Below are positions 17,523 through 25,363 of a stretch of 64,000 nucleotides of DNA, piece by piece. Location of the stretch: contig CBDCUJ010000011.1 of NCBI GenBank assembly GCA_965222595.1, positions 4,838-68,837 of the forward strand, given 5' to 3'. Source of the DNA: Dehalococcoidia bacterium. Its GTDB lineage: Bacteria > Chloroflexota > Dehalococcoidia > Lucifugimonadales > UBA3495. Made by a program: the position numbers and the translations under genes. The notes under the pieces are model-generated. The model was not told the origin of the DNA. It made no database searches and saw only the letters and a list, made by a program, of their open reading frames with translations. The number at the start of each line of letters is the position of its first letter. The stretch's first letter is position 1.

Positions 17523-18329
17523 CTATAGCTCCAAGGGAATCAAGGGGGCGTGTCCCGTCGGCGTAATGCCTCCGGCCAAGCCGCCGCCGTCGGCGATTAT
17601 CATCTCGCCGGTCATGTAATCGGAGGCGCTGGAGGCCAGAAAGACGGCCAAGGGGCCGAAGTCTTCGGGCTTGCCCAGCTTGCCGATGGGGAGGAAATCG
17701 CCGGAGCGCGGCAGACTCGAGGTCGTCGCTCCCATGTCGCCAGTGGGCACGAAGCCGGGGACGATGCTATTCGCGGTCACGCCGTACCGGGCCAGGTTGA
17801 AGGACAGGGTGCGGGTCAACTGGATCATCCCGCCCTTGCTGCAACAATACATGTAAATTTCGCGGCCTCCCCGCATTCCGAACCCGGAAGCCACGTTGAT
17901 TATCTTCCCGTGGCCCCGCTCCACCATGGGCTGGGAGGCTGCCCGGGAGCAGTAGAAGGCCCCGGTGAGGTTGACGTCCATGATCCGATGCCACTCTTCG
18001 TCGGTGATTTCCCAGATGGGCTTGCGGACGTTGTCCTGGACCGCCCCGGCGTTGTTGATCAGGACGTCCAGCTTGCCGAACCGGTCGATGCTGGCCGAAA
18101 TCAACTGGTTGACCTGCTCCGAGTCGGTGACGTCGGTGGGTACCGCGACGGCATCCCGGCCGAGGTCCCGCACCTCGGCGGCGGCTTCTTCTATGGGCCC
18201 GGACCGCCGGCCGGCTATCGCTAAATCGGCGCCGGCCCTGGCCAGGGCCCGCACCATCGCCCGGCCAAGTCCGGTGCCTCCGCCGGTAATGACAACTGAT
18301 CTGCCATCCAGGCTCAGGGATTCCAGCAT
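17523..18329 (-). CDS. SDR-family oxidoreductase (classical, motifs intact)
   Basis: VVITGGGTGLGRAM, INNAGA, YCCSK. Start set to ATG 18329 with GAGGA RBS (track start GTG 18383). Confidence 0.8.
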   Translation of the reverse strand: MLESLSLDGRSVVITGGGTGLGRAMVRALARAGADLAIAGRRSGPIEEAAAEVRDLGRDAVAVPTDVTDSEQVNQLISASIDRFGKLDVLINNAGAVQDNVRKPIWEITDEEWHRIMDVNLTGAFYCSRAASQPMVERGHGKIINVASGFGMRGGREIYMYCCSKGGMIQLTRTLSFNLARYGVTANSIVPGFVPTGDMGATTSSLPRSGDFLPIGKLGKPEDFGPLAVFLASSASDYMTGEMIIADGGGLAGGITPTGHAPLIPLEL

Positions 18330-18438
18330 ATGGTTTCCTCTCACAACGTGATGGCGTGGGGACGGTTCTCGAATCGCTTTCACTCGCGGAAACGCCGCCC
18401 GAAAACGCCAGTCGCGGCTGGGTTGGTTGGGTTCACGG

Positions 18439-19218
18439 TCAGGCTGGCCGCAGGGTTACGTCTCCGGCGGTCATGGTGATTCGCTGGCCGTCGTCCCGGA
18501 GGAGAACGAGGTTGCCGAGTTCGTCGATATCCGCAGCGGTGCCGGAAACCGGCCCGGCTGCGGAAGTGACGGTGACCCGGCTCCCCAGGTTTTCAATGAG
18601 GTCTCGCCACTCGGGTACCGGAGAGACGCCCCGACGGGCTTGCAAGTACAGGGAATCGAGCTCGAGAAGCAACTGGCGGAGCAGCCGTTCCCGGGGGACC
18701 TCTTTTCCCGCCGCCGCGTTGATGCTGACTGCGAGAGGGCCGATCTCTTCCGCGTAGGCCTCGGTGTCGAGGGCCACATTAATGCCTATGCCCAGGACAG
18801 CATACCATACGGCCTCTCCGGCGATGGCGCTTTCGGCGAGGATGCCCGCCGCCTTGCGGCCCCGCAACATCAGGTCGTTGGGCCACTTGATACGCGGGTC
18901 CAATCCGGTTATCTTTCGCACCGCCCGCGCTGCCGCCACGCCGCCTATGATGCTGATGAACGGCAGTTGGTCCAGGTCAGGGCGGAACAGCACCGAGAAC
19001 AATAAGTTTCCAGGCTGGGACACCCAGCTTCGTCCTTGGCGGCCTCGGCCCGCCGACTGCTTTTCGGCCACGACAACCGTGCCTTCCTCCGCGCCCTGTT
19101 CCGCCAGCTCTGCGGCCCGGTCCATCGTGGAAGTCAACTCGGGGAAGTACAGAAGGCGCCTCCCAACCACGTGGGTGTGTAAGCCTTGTTTGATGGTGGC
19201 GGCTACCAGGTTAGGCAT
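18439..19218 (-). CDS. birA: Biotin--[acetyl-CoA-carboxylase] ligase, class I (no N-terminal HTH)
   Basis: 259 aa. GRGRQGRSW biotin-binding loop, KWPNDL. Confidence 0.85.
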   Translation of the reverse strand: MPNLVAATIKQGLHTHVVGRRLLYFPELTSTMDRAAELAEQGAEEGTVVVAEKQSAGRGRQGRSWVSQPGNLLFSVLFRPDLDQLPFISIIGGVAAARAVRKITGLDPRIKWPNDLMLRGRKAAGILAESAIAGEAVWYAVLGIGINVALDTEAYAEEIGPLAVSINAAAGKEVPRERLLRQLLLELDSLYLQARRGVSPVPEWRDLIENLGSRVTVTSAAGPVSGTAADIDELGNLVLLRDDGQRITMTAGDVTLRPA

Positions 19219-19447
19219 TCAGGCAGGCTACGGGGCTCATCGACCGGTGGTCCAACAGAGCGAACAGCCTGGCTTGCTTCATGGCCCCGGCCAAGTGGAC
19301 TTGTTCCAGCAACTCACTCCGGGCGTCGCGAGGACGGAGTTCCGGAGGCTCGGCGTCCATGTCCCGAAGCAACTCGGCCAGGCGGTCAAGGTTGCGTTGA
19401 ATGCTTCGTATGTACCTCTGGGCCTGGTAGCCTTGTCCGCTGGTCAT
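19211..19447 (-). CDS. Hypothetical 78-aa protein
   Basis: ORF overlaps the birA start by 8 nt. No family recognised; coding status uncertain. Confidence 0.3.
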   Translation of the reverse strand: MTSGQGYQAQRYIRSIQRNLDRLAELLRDMDAEPPELRPRDARSELLEQVHLAGAMKQARLFALLDHRSMSPVACLNA

Positions 19448-19465
19448 CTCGGCCTCCGGAATGCG

Positions 19466-19554
19466 GAGTGAGGAATTTGGAATGGAGAATGTGACGCTGT
19501 AACCCTACCCTATACATCTCCCGGACCTAACTTCTAATCCCACATTCCACACTC
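19466..19554. repeat. Imperfect inverted repeat of the GAGTG-N-GGAAT word family
   Basis: GAGTGAGGAATTTGG (19466-19480) vs reverse complement of CCCACATTCCACACTC (19539-19554), 13/15. Same words recur at 59.9 and 60.2 kb. Confidence 0.4.
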
Positions 19555-19555
19555 T

Positions 19556-20926
19556 CTACCAGCCGTGCTCCAGCTTGTCGTCCAGGATGTTCACCAACTC
19601 CGCGACGGGCACTCTCGCTTGGTACATGGTGTCGCGGTCGCGGATGGTCACCTGCCGGTCGTCGAGGGTATCGAAATCGACGGTGACGCAGAAGGGGGTG
19701 CCTATTTCGTCTTGGCGGCGGTAGCGGCGGCCGATGCTCTGGGCGTCATCGAACTGTGTATTGAACCGACGGCGAAGCATGTCGTGGACCCGTCGGGCCG
19801 TGGGCAACAACCGTTCGTTCCGGCTGAGGGGAAGCACCGCCACGGCTACGGGGGCGAGGCGGCGGTGGATACGAGAAACCACCCTGACGGCCTCGCCGTC
19901 GGGCTCTTCGTCGTAGGCGTCCAGCCAGAAGGCCAAGGTGGCCCGGTCGACTCCTCCCGACGGTTCGATGACGTACGGGTAGTACCGCTCCTGCAGCTCG
20001 TCATCGAAGTAGGTGAGGTCCTCCCCACTGAACTCGGCATGCTGTTTCAGGTCGTAGTCGGTCCGGTCGGCGATGCCCTCCAACTCGGCCCAACCCCAAG
20101 GGAAGCGGTACTCGATGTCGTAGCAGTCCTTGGCGTAGTGGGCCAACTCGTCAGGGCCGTGCTGGCGCAGACGAAGATTCTCCGGGCGTATGCCCAGCTC
20201 AACGTACCAGTCGAAACGCTCTTTCACCCAGCGGTCGAGCCATTCGAGGTCGGTTCCCGGCTTCACGAAAAACTCGACTTCCATCTGTTCGAATTCCCGC
20301 GTGCGAAAGGTGAAATTGCCGGGAGTGATTTCGTTGCGGAACGATTTGCCGATCTGCCCGATGCCGAAGGGCAGCTTCTTGCGGCTGGAGTTCACCACGT
20401 TTGGGAAGTTGACGAAGATGCCTTGGGCCGTCTCCGGCCGCAGGTATACCTCGTGGGCGGTGTCTTCCACTGGCCCCATGAAGGTGCGGAACATGAGATT
20501 GAACCGGCGCGGCTCGGTCAGTTCACCCCCGCACTCAGGGCAACGAAGTTCCGGGACCGCTGCCGCCGCTTCCGGGCTGGCGGGCTCGATGCCCACGCTT
20601 TCCAGCAAATGGTCCTGCCGGAAGCGGCTGTTGCAGTCGCGGCATTCCACCAGCGGGTCGCTGAAGTTCTCGACGTGGCCGCTCGCCTCCCAGGTGCGCG
20701 GGTGCATCAGGATCGCGGCGTCCAACCCGACCATGTCGTCCCGCCCTTTTACTACCGAGCGCCACCACGCCTCTTTGACGTTGCGCTTGAGCTCCACGCC
20801 CAAGGGGCCGTAGTCCCAAGTGGAGCCAAGGCCGCCATAGATCTCGCTGCTCTGGAAAACGAAACCGCGGCGCTTGGACAGAGACGTCATCTTGTCCATG
20901 TCGGCATAGGGCACGGAACGGGGCAA
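19556..20926 (-). CDS. glyQS: Glycine--tRNA ligase (single-chain alpha2 type)
   Basis: 456 aa. RRGFVFQSSEIYGG...WDYGPLG, LRPETAQG, FRNEITP. TTG start with AGGAGG 6 nt upstream. Confidence 0.9.
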   Translation of the reverse strand: MPRSVPYADMDKMTSLSKRRGFVFQSSEIYGGLGSTWDYGPLGVELKRNVKEAWWRSVVKGRDDMVGLDAAILMHPRTWEASGHVENFSDPLVECRDCNSRFRQDHLLESVGIEPASPEAAAAVPELRCPECGGELTEPRRFNLMFRTFMGPVEDTAHEVYLRPETAQGIFVNFPNVVNSSRKKLPFGIGQIGKSFRNEITPGNFTFRTREFEQMEVEFFVKPGTDLEWLDRWVKERFDWYVELGIRPENLRLRQHGPDELAHYAKDCYDIEYRFPWGWAELEGIADRTDYDLKQHAEFSGEDLTYFDDELQERYYPYVIEPSGGVDRATLAFWLDAYDEEPDGEAVRVVSRIHRRLAPVAVAVLPLSRNERLLPTARRVHDMLRRRFNTQFDDAQSIGRRYRRQDEIGTPFCVTVDFDTLDDRQVTIRDRDTMYQARVPVAELVNILDDKLEHGW

Positions 20927-21024
20927 GGGAGACCTCCTGCTACGGTGCGCTTTGCGGATAGCGCGATTGGTTATGTGAGGTTACCAATTATGCCCGCCGT
21001 GTGTAAACAACGCCTGGGTCGGGA

Positions 21025-21065
21025 GCAATAAACGGGCCCGGCGTCCAACCCTAGACGTCGGGCCC
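21025..21065 (-). terminator. Terminator-like hairpin inside the glyQS leader
   Basis: On the - strand GGGCCCGACG / CGCCGGGCCC (9 of 10 bp, 12-nt loop) followed by GUUUAUUGC. An alternative 8-bp helix (21078-21085 with 21038-21045) is mutually exclusive with it. Confidence 0.35.
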
Positions 21066-21196
21066 TCGACCCCCCATGACGCCGGTTAACCGGGAGGAGG
21101 GTAAACCCGATTAGTCCGCATCCTGAAGGGACGCGGCGGCTCCACGAGGGCAGAATTAGTCCCGCTGACGCGGGCCTGAAGGTCTAAAAAGAGGCG

Positions 21197-21225
21197 AAAA
21201 AAAAGCCTGACACTTCGTTCAGGCT
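21197..21225 (-). terminator. Intrinsic terminator forming the expression platform of the cobalamin riboswitch
   Basis: On the - strand AGCCUGA-loop-UCAGGCU (7 bp) followed by a run of 8 U. Confidence 0.6.
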
Positions 21226-21229
21226 TGCT

Positions 21230-21455
21230 GGCAGGCGACTCTTACCTCATGGCGCGAAGTGCTATAAGTCGAACTGTAGGCAGGTCTCCTGGCTCCTGGC
21301 TAATTTCCCCTCATTGCCTTCCCGGTCCCCATCGGGCCCAGTGGCTCCTCCTTTCCTGGAGGATCTCAAGAGGGGGACGGCCAGTCACAGTGGCGCGACC
21401 GCGCCGGATTCTCACCGGCTTCCCTTTTCATCCCGATTAAATCGGGACACCATAC
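21230..21455 (-). promoter_or_regulatory. Cobalamin (B12) riboswitch aptamer
   Basis: - strand reads AAAAGGGAAGCCGGUGAGAAUCCGGCGCGGUCGCGCCACUGUGA (B12 box), GCCACUGGGCC...GGGAAGGC, and AGCCAGGAGACCUGCC. All are hallmark conserved blocks of the cobalamin class. Confidence 0.85.
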
Positions 21456-21511
21456 AGCTATGTTTAGATTGTTAAGGACCGGTCAATTTGACGCGGTGGG
21501 ACTATAATCCC

Positions 21512-21540
21512 ATGTTAACCCTTCCGCAACGACCGGTCAA
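21512..21540 (-). promoter_or_regulatory. Candidate promoter for the riboswitch transcript
   Basis: - strand TTGACC (21540-21535), 17 nt spacer, TAACAT (21517-21512). Confidence 0.25.
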
Positions 21541-21590
21541 CGGGCCCGACGCATGCGTTTTCCACCGGGACACCTGCAGTCAATCCCTGT

Positions 21591-21754
21591 CCGGTATGGG
21601 TAACTGTTCAGAGTAGATGAGTGTCCCCTCCTCCGCGCACGGGGGAGGGTTAGGGTGGGGGAGTTCCAACGCCAACCTCCCCCCTTCCTAACCTTCCCCC
21701 CAGTGCGCCGGGGGGAAGGGACACTCATCAAGTGTGAACACTTACCGGTATGGG
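21591..21754. repeat. ~164-nt palindromic repeat element, copy 1 (complete, two arms)
   Basis: Left arm CCGGTATGGGTAACTGTTCAGAGTAGATGAGTGTCCCCTCC... mirrors right arm ...CCTAACCTTCCCCCCAGTGCGCCGGGGGGAAGGGACACTCATCAAGTGTGAACACTTACCGGTATGGG. The right arm recurs at 43.4 kb. Confidence 0.65.
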
Positions 21755-21761
21755 AACTTTG

Positions 21762-21790
21762 TTGACATTACAAACTCTGGTTGCTAGAGT
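21762..21790 (+). promoter_or_regulatory. Candidate sigma70-type promoter of the ribosomal supercluster
   Basis: TTGACA (21762-21767), 17 nt spacer, TAGAGT (21785-21790), 38 nt before the rpsL ATG. Confidence 0.55.
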
Positions 21791-21828
21791 ATTAGTCCGC
21801 CGCCCAATCTGCGAGCAGGTATTTTTAC

Positions 21829-22251
21829 ATGCCAACTGTCAACCAATTGATAAGGAAGGGCCGCAAGCCGGTCCGCAAGAAGACCAAAGCGCCGGCGATG
21901 CACTGGGTCCAAAACTCGCTGCGCAACAGGCTCAAGTGGGGACCCGGCTGTCCCCAGCGGCGGGGGGTGTGCATCCAGGTGCGCACCATGACCCCCAAGA
22001 AACCCAACTCGGCGCTTCGGAAAATCGCCCGGGTGAGGCTCACGAACGGCGTCGAGGTCACCGCCTACATCGGAGGCGAGGGCCACAACCTTCAAGAGCA
22101 CTCGGTGGTCTTGATACGCGGCGGCAGGGTGAAAGACCTTCCCGGCGTCCGCTACCACGTGGTCCGCAGCGCCTTGGACTGTGAGGGCGTGCAGGACCGG
22201 CGGCAGGGGCGCAGCAAATACGGGGCCGACAGGCCTCGCCGCGCCGGTTAA
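21829..22251 (+). CDS. rpsL: 30S ribosomal protein S12
   Basis: [13 protein letters not shown]...[10 protein letters not shown]...[13 protein letters not shown]. ~13-aa insertion after residue ~22 relative to E. coli. Confidence 0.95.
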   Translation: MPTVNQLIRKGRKPVRKKTKAPAMHWVQNSLRNRLKWGPGCPQRRGVCIQVRTMTPKKPNSALRKIARVRLTNGVEVTAYIGGEGHNLQEHSVVLIRGGRVKDLPGVRYHVVRSALDCEGVQDRRQGRSKYGADRPRRAG

Positions 22252-22316
22252 CCCGCTTCAGCAATTCCGAACCAGCAGGACTTCTTTACGGGGTCCAATC
22301 ACAGGTGTAATGATTT

Positions 22317-22787
22317 ATGTCTAGAAGACGACGCGCCGAACGCAGGGTGATCGCTCCCGATCCTCGCTACAACGACGTGGAATTGGCCCGGTTCATCAAC
22401 CGGCTGATGATGCGAGGAAAGAAGACGGTGGCCCAACGCATTGCGTACAACGCGTTCAGCATCATCCAGGAGGAGACCAGCCGGGAACCCCTGGAAGTAT
22501 TTCAACAGGCTTTGAGAAATGCCACCCCCCAGGTGGAGGTTCGGCCCAAGCGTGTCGGCGGGGCCACCATACAGGTGCCGACCGACCTACGGTCGACCCG
22601 CAGTGAGGCGCTTGCCATGCGCTGGCTCATCAGGGGAGCGAGGTCCCGGAACGGGATTCCCATGCGCAGGGGACTAGCCCAAGAATTGATGGATGCCTCT
22701 CGCGGCGAGGGATCGGCGGTCCGTCGTAGGGAGGAACTGCACCGGATGGCCGAGGCCAATCGTGCCTTCGTTCATTACCGACGCTAA
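22317..22787 (+). CDS. rpsG: 30S ribosomal protein S7
   Basis: MSRRRRAERRVIAPDPRYND...VEVRPKRVGGATIQVP...NRAFVHYRR. Confidence 0.95.
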   Translation: MSRRRRAERRVIAPDPRYNDVELARFINRLMMRGKKTVAQRIAYNAFSIIQEETSREPLEVFQQALRNATPQVEVRPKRVGGATIQVPTDLRSTRSEALAMRWLIRGARSRNGIPMRRGLAQELMDASRGEGSAVRRREELHRMAEANRAFVHYRR

Positions 22788-22836
22788 GACGTCAAATTGA
22801 ACGAACGGGACTGGCCGGTACCCTCAGTGCCCAGTC

Positions 22837-24930
22837 ATGGACGAAAAGTATCCCGAAAAGTTTCCCATCGATAAGATCCGCAATCTCGGATTTATTGCCC
22901 ACATCGACGCAGGCAAGACCACAGTCACCGAACAGGTGCTCTTCGCCACCGGCCGCATCCATCGCGTTGGCGGCGTAGACGACGGCACCACCGCCATGGA
23001 CTGGATGCCCCAGGAACGTGAACGGGGCATCACCATTACCGCAGCCGCGACCAGTTCCTATTGGCGCGACTGCCGCATCAATATCATCGATACCCCGGGC
23101 CACGTCGACTTCACGGCCGAAGTCGAGCGCAGCCTGAGAGTGCTCGACGGCGGCATCGTCGTTCTCGACGCCGTCGCTGGCGTCCAGTCGCAGTCAGAGA
23201 CCGTGTGGCGTCAGGCCGACACCTACTCCGTTCCCCGGATCTGCTTCGTCAACAAGATGGACCGGGTGGGCGCCAGCTATGAACGCACCATCGAGTCCAT
23301 CCGCCGCCGCTTGAAGGGAAACCCCGTCCCGGTGCAACTGCCCATGGGGGACGAGGAAAATTTCTACGGGACCATAGACCTCATCGGCGGCCGTGCGACC
23401 GTTTATCCCGTCGGGCGCAACAAGGGCTCAGACTCCAACGGCCATCAGGAAATTCCGGTGCCCGCGGAGTTTGAAGACGAGTACCAGCGTTACCGCCAAA
23501 CAATGATAGAGAAAATTGTCGAAACGGATGAGCAACTGCTCATCCGTTATCTTGAGGGCGAGGAACTCAACTCTGAAGACCTTCGCGACGCCGTCCGCAA
23601 GGCGACCATACAACAGACCCTGGTGCCGGTGCTTTGCGGCAGCGCCATCTCCGGCAAGGGTGTGCACTCGCTGCTGGACGCCGCGCTGGATTACCTGCCG
23701 TCCCCGGCGGACGTTCCGCCAGTGGAAGGCATCGACCCCAAGACCGACGAACCAGTGCTGCGCTACCCCGACGAGTCGGGTCCCTTAGCAGCCTTGGCCT
23801 TCAAGGTGGTCACCGACCCCTACGTGGGCCGCCTGGTCTTTCTCAGGGTGTATTCCGGCAGCGTCAAAGCCGGGGCCATCGTGAACAACGTGTCCCGGAA
23901 GGGACGGGAACGCATGGGCCGGTTGCTGCGCATGCACGCCAACCACCGGGAAGAGCTGGAAGAGGCCTGGGCCGGCAATATCTGCGCCGCGGTCGGCCTG
24001 AAGAACACCTTTACCGGAGACACCATCGGCACAGATTTCCAGCCGGCGGTGCTGGAGCCGCCGCACTTCCCCACCCCCGTAGTGTCGGTGGCTATCGAGC
24101 CCATGACCCGGGCCGATCAAGACCGCCTTACCGACGCCCTCAGGAAACTTTCGGATGAAGACCCCACCTTCGTGGTGAGGGTCGACGAAGAGACGGGCCA
24201 AACTCTGATGTCCGGCATGGGCGAACTGCACCTTGAGGTGCTGGTCGACCGGATGCGCCGGGAGTTCAATGTAAAGGCCCAGGTGGGGCGCCCCAAGGTG
24301 TCGTATCGGGAGACCCTTACCCGTCCTTACCGGGCCGAGGGCCGATTTGTGCGTCAGACCGGCGGGCATGGCCAGTACGGCCACGTGGTCCTTGAGCTCA
24401 AACCCCTGGACCGGGGCGAGGGCACCAAGTTCGAGAATGCGATCGCGGGCGGGGTAATCCCCCGGGAGTATATCTCGGCGGTGGAAGCCGGGGTCCGGTC
24501 GGCGCTGGACAACGGGCCGCTGGCCGGGTATCCTCTCGTAGACTTAAAGGTGTCGTTGGTGGATGGCAGCTACCATCAAGTCGACTCTTCGGAGTTGGCC
24601 TTTCGTAGCGCCGCCATGATTGCGATGAGGGAAGGGACCGCCAAGGGTGCCCCGGTCCTTCTGGAGCCCATCGCCAACCTGGAAGTGGTGACGCCCGGAG
24701 ACTTTCTCAGTGATGTCATCGGCGATCTGGGGATCAGGCGCGCTCAGATACGCACCATCGAGGGCCAGGACGACGTTCAGGTGGTGCAGGCCTTGGTGCC
24801 CTTGGGGGAGACTTTCTCCTACACCACCTCCTTGAGGTCTATGACCCAGGGACGGGCTTCCTACACCATGGAGTTCCGGTTCTACGAACCGGTGCCCGAG
24901 GGCGTTTTGAAAACTCTGGTCAACGTCTGA
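22837..24930 (+). CDS. fusA: Translation elongation factor G
   Basis: 697 aa. AHIDAGKTT, DTPGHVDF, NKMD G-domain motifs and EF-G domains II-V. Confidence 0.95.
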   Translation: MDEKYPEKFPIDKIRNLGFIAHIDAGKTTVTEQVLFATGRIHRVGGVDDGTTAMDWMPQERERGITITAAATSSYWRDCRINIIDTPGHVDFTAEVERSLRVLDGGIVVLDAVAGVQSQSETVWRQADTYSVPRICFVNKMDRVGASYERTIESIRRRLKGNPVPVQLPMGDEENFYGTIDLIGGRATVYPVGRNKGSDSNGHQEIPVPAEFEDEYQRYRQTMIEKIVETDEQLLIRYLEGEELNSEDLRDAVRKATIQQTLVPVLCGSAISGKGVHSLLDAALDYLPSPADVPPVEGIDPKTDEPVLRYPDESGPLAALAFKVVTDPYVGRLVFLRVYSGSVKAGAIVNNVSRKGRERMGRLLRMHANHREELEEAWAGNICAAVGLKNTFTGDTIGTDFQPAVLEPPHFPTPVVSVAIEPMTRADQDRLTDALRKLSDEDPTFVVRVDEETGQTLMSGMGELHLEVLVDRMRREFNVKAQVGRPKVSYRETLTRPYRAEGRFVRQTGGHGQYGHVVLELKPLDRGEGTKFENAIAGGVIPREYISAVEAGVRSALDNGPLAGYPLVDLKVSLVDGSYHQVDSSELAFRSAAMIAMREGTAKGAPVLLEPIANLEVVTPGDFLSDVIGDLGIRRAQIRTIEGQDDVQVVQALVPLGETFSYTTSLRSMTQGRASYTMEFRFYEPVPEGVLKTLVNV

Positions 24931-25038
24931 CCGCTAACCAAGTAACGCAAAGACGAATGGGGCCCAATCCGGCGAGATCCAACTCGGAAACAAGAACAGC
25001 CGGCTCCCGGTAACTAGGAAAGATGGCAAATAGGTAAG

Positions 25039-25350
25039 ATGGTAACTAGGCAAAAAGTACGGATAATCCTCAAGGCGTTCGACCACAAAATGCTGGACCT
25101 GTCGACCGGCCAGATAGTGGAAACGGCTGAACGGACCGGGGCCAGAGTGGCCGGGCCGGTGCCTTTGCCCACCAGGATACGGCGCTTCTGTGTTATTCGG
25201 GGCCCTCACGTAGACAAGGACTCCCGGGAACACTTCGAGATAAGGACCCACAAGAGGCTGATCGATATCCTCGAACCCACCTCAAAGACCATCGACTCGT
25301 TGACGCGGCTGAATCTTCCTGCCGGCGTCGATATCTCGATTAAACTTTAA
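25039..25350 (+). CDS. rpsJ: 30S ribosomal protein S10
   Basis: [13 protein letters not shown]...[26 protein letters not shown]. Confidence 0.95.
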   Translation: MVTRQKVRIILKAFDHKMLDLSTGQIVETAERTGARVAGPVPLPTRIRRFCVIRGPHVDKDSREHFEIRTHKRLIDILEPTSKTIDSLTRLNLPAGVDISIKL

Positions 25351-25363
25351 CGGCGGTTTACCC

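Noticed and set aside
19565-21031. 488-aa + strand ORF opposite glyQS
   Set aside because: Shadow ORF. The - strand frame encodes a complete GlyRS and the + strand product has no recognisable motifs.
20927-21196. Classical T-box riboswitch for glyQS
   Set aside because: Only a faint resemblance: UAGGGUUGGACGCC versus AGGGUGGNACCGCG. The motif also sits in a hairpin loop rather than in a canonical antiterminator bulge, and I could not identify Stem I, a specifier loop or the AG/GNUGNA boxes. Reported only as an unexplained structured leader.
21225-21440. 71-aa + strand ORF
   Set aside because: It lies entirely on the opposite strand of the cobalamin riboswitch aptamer and is explained by the RNA element.
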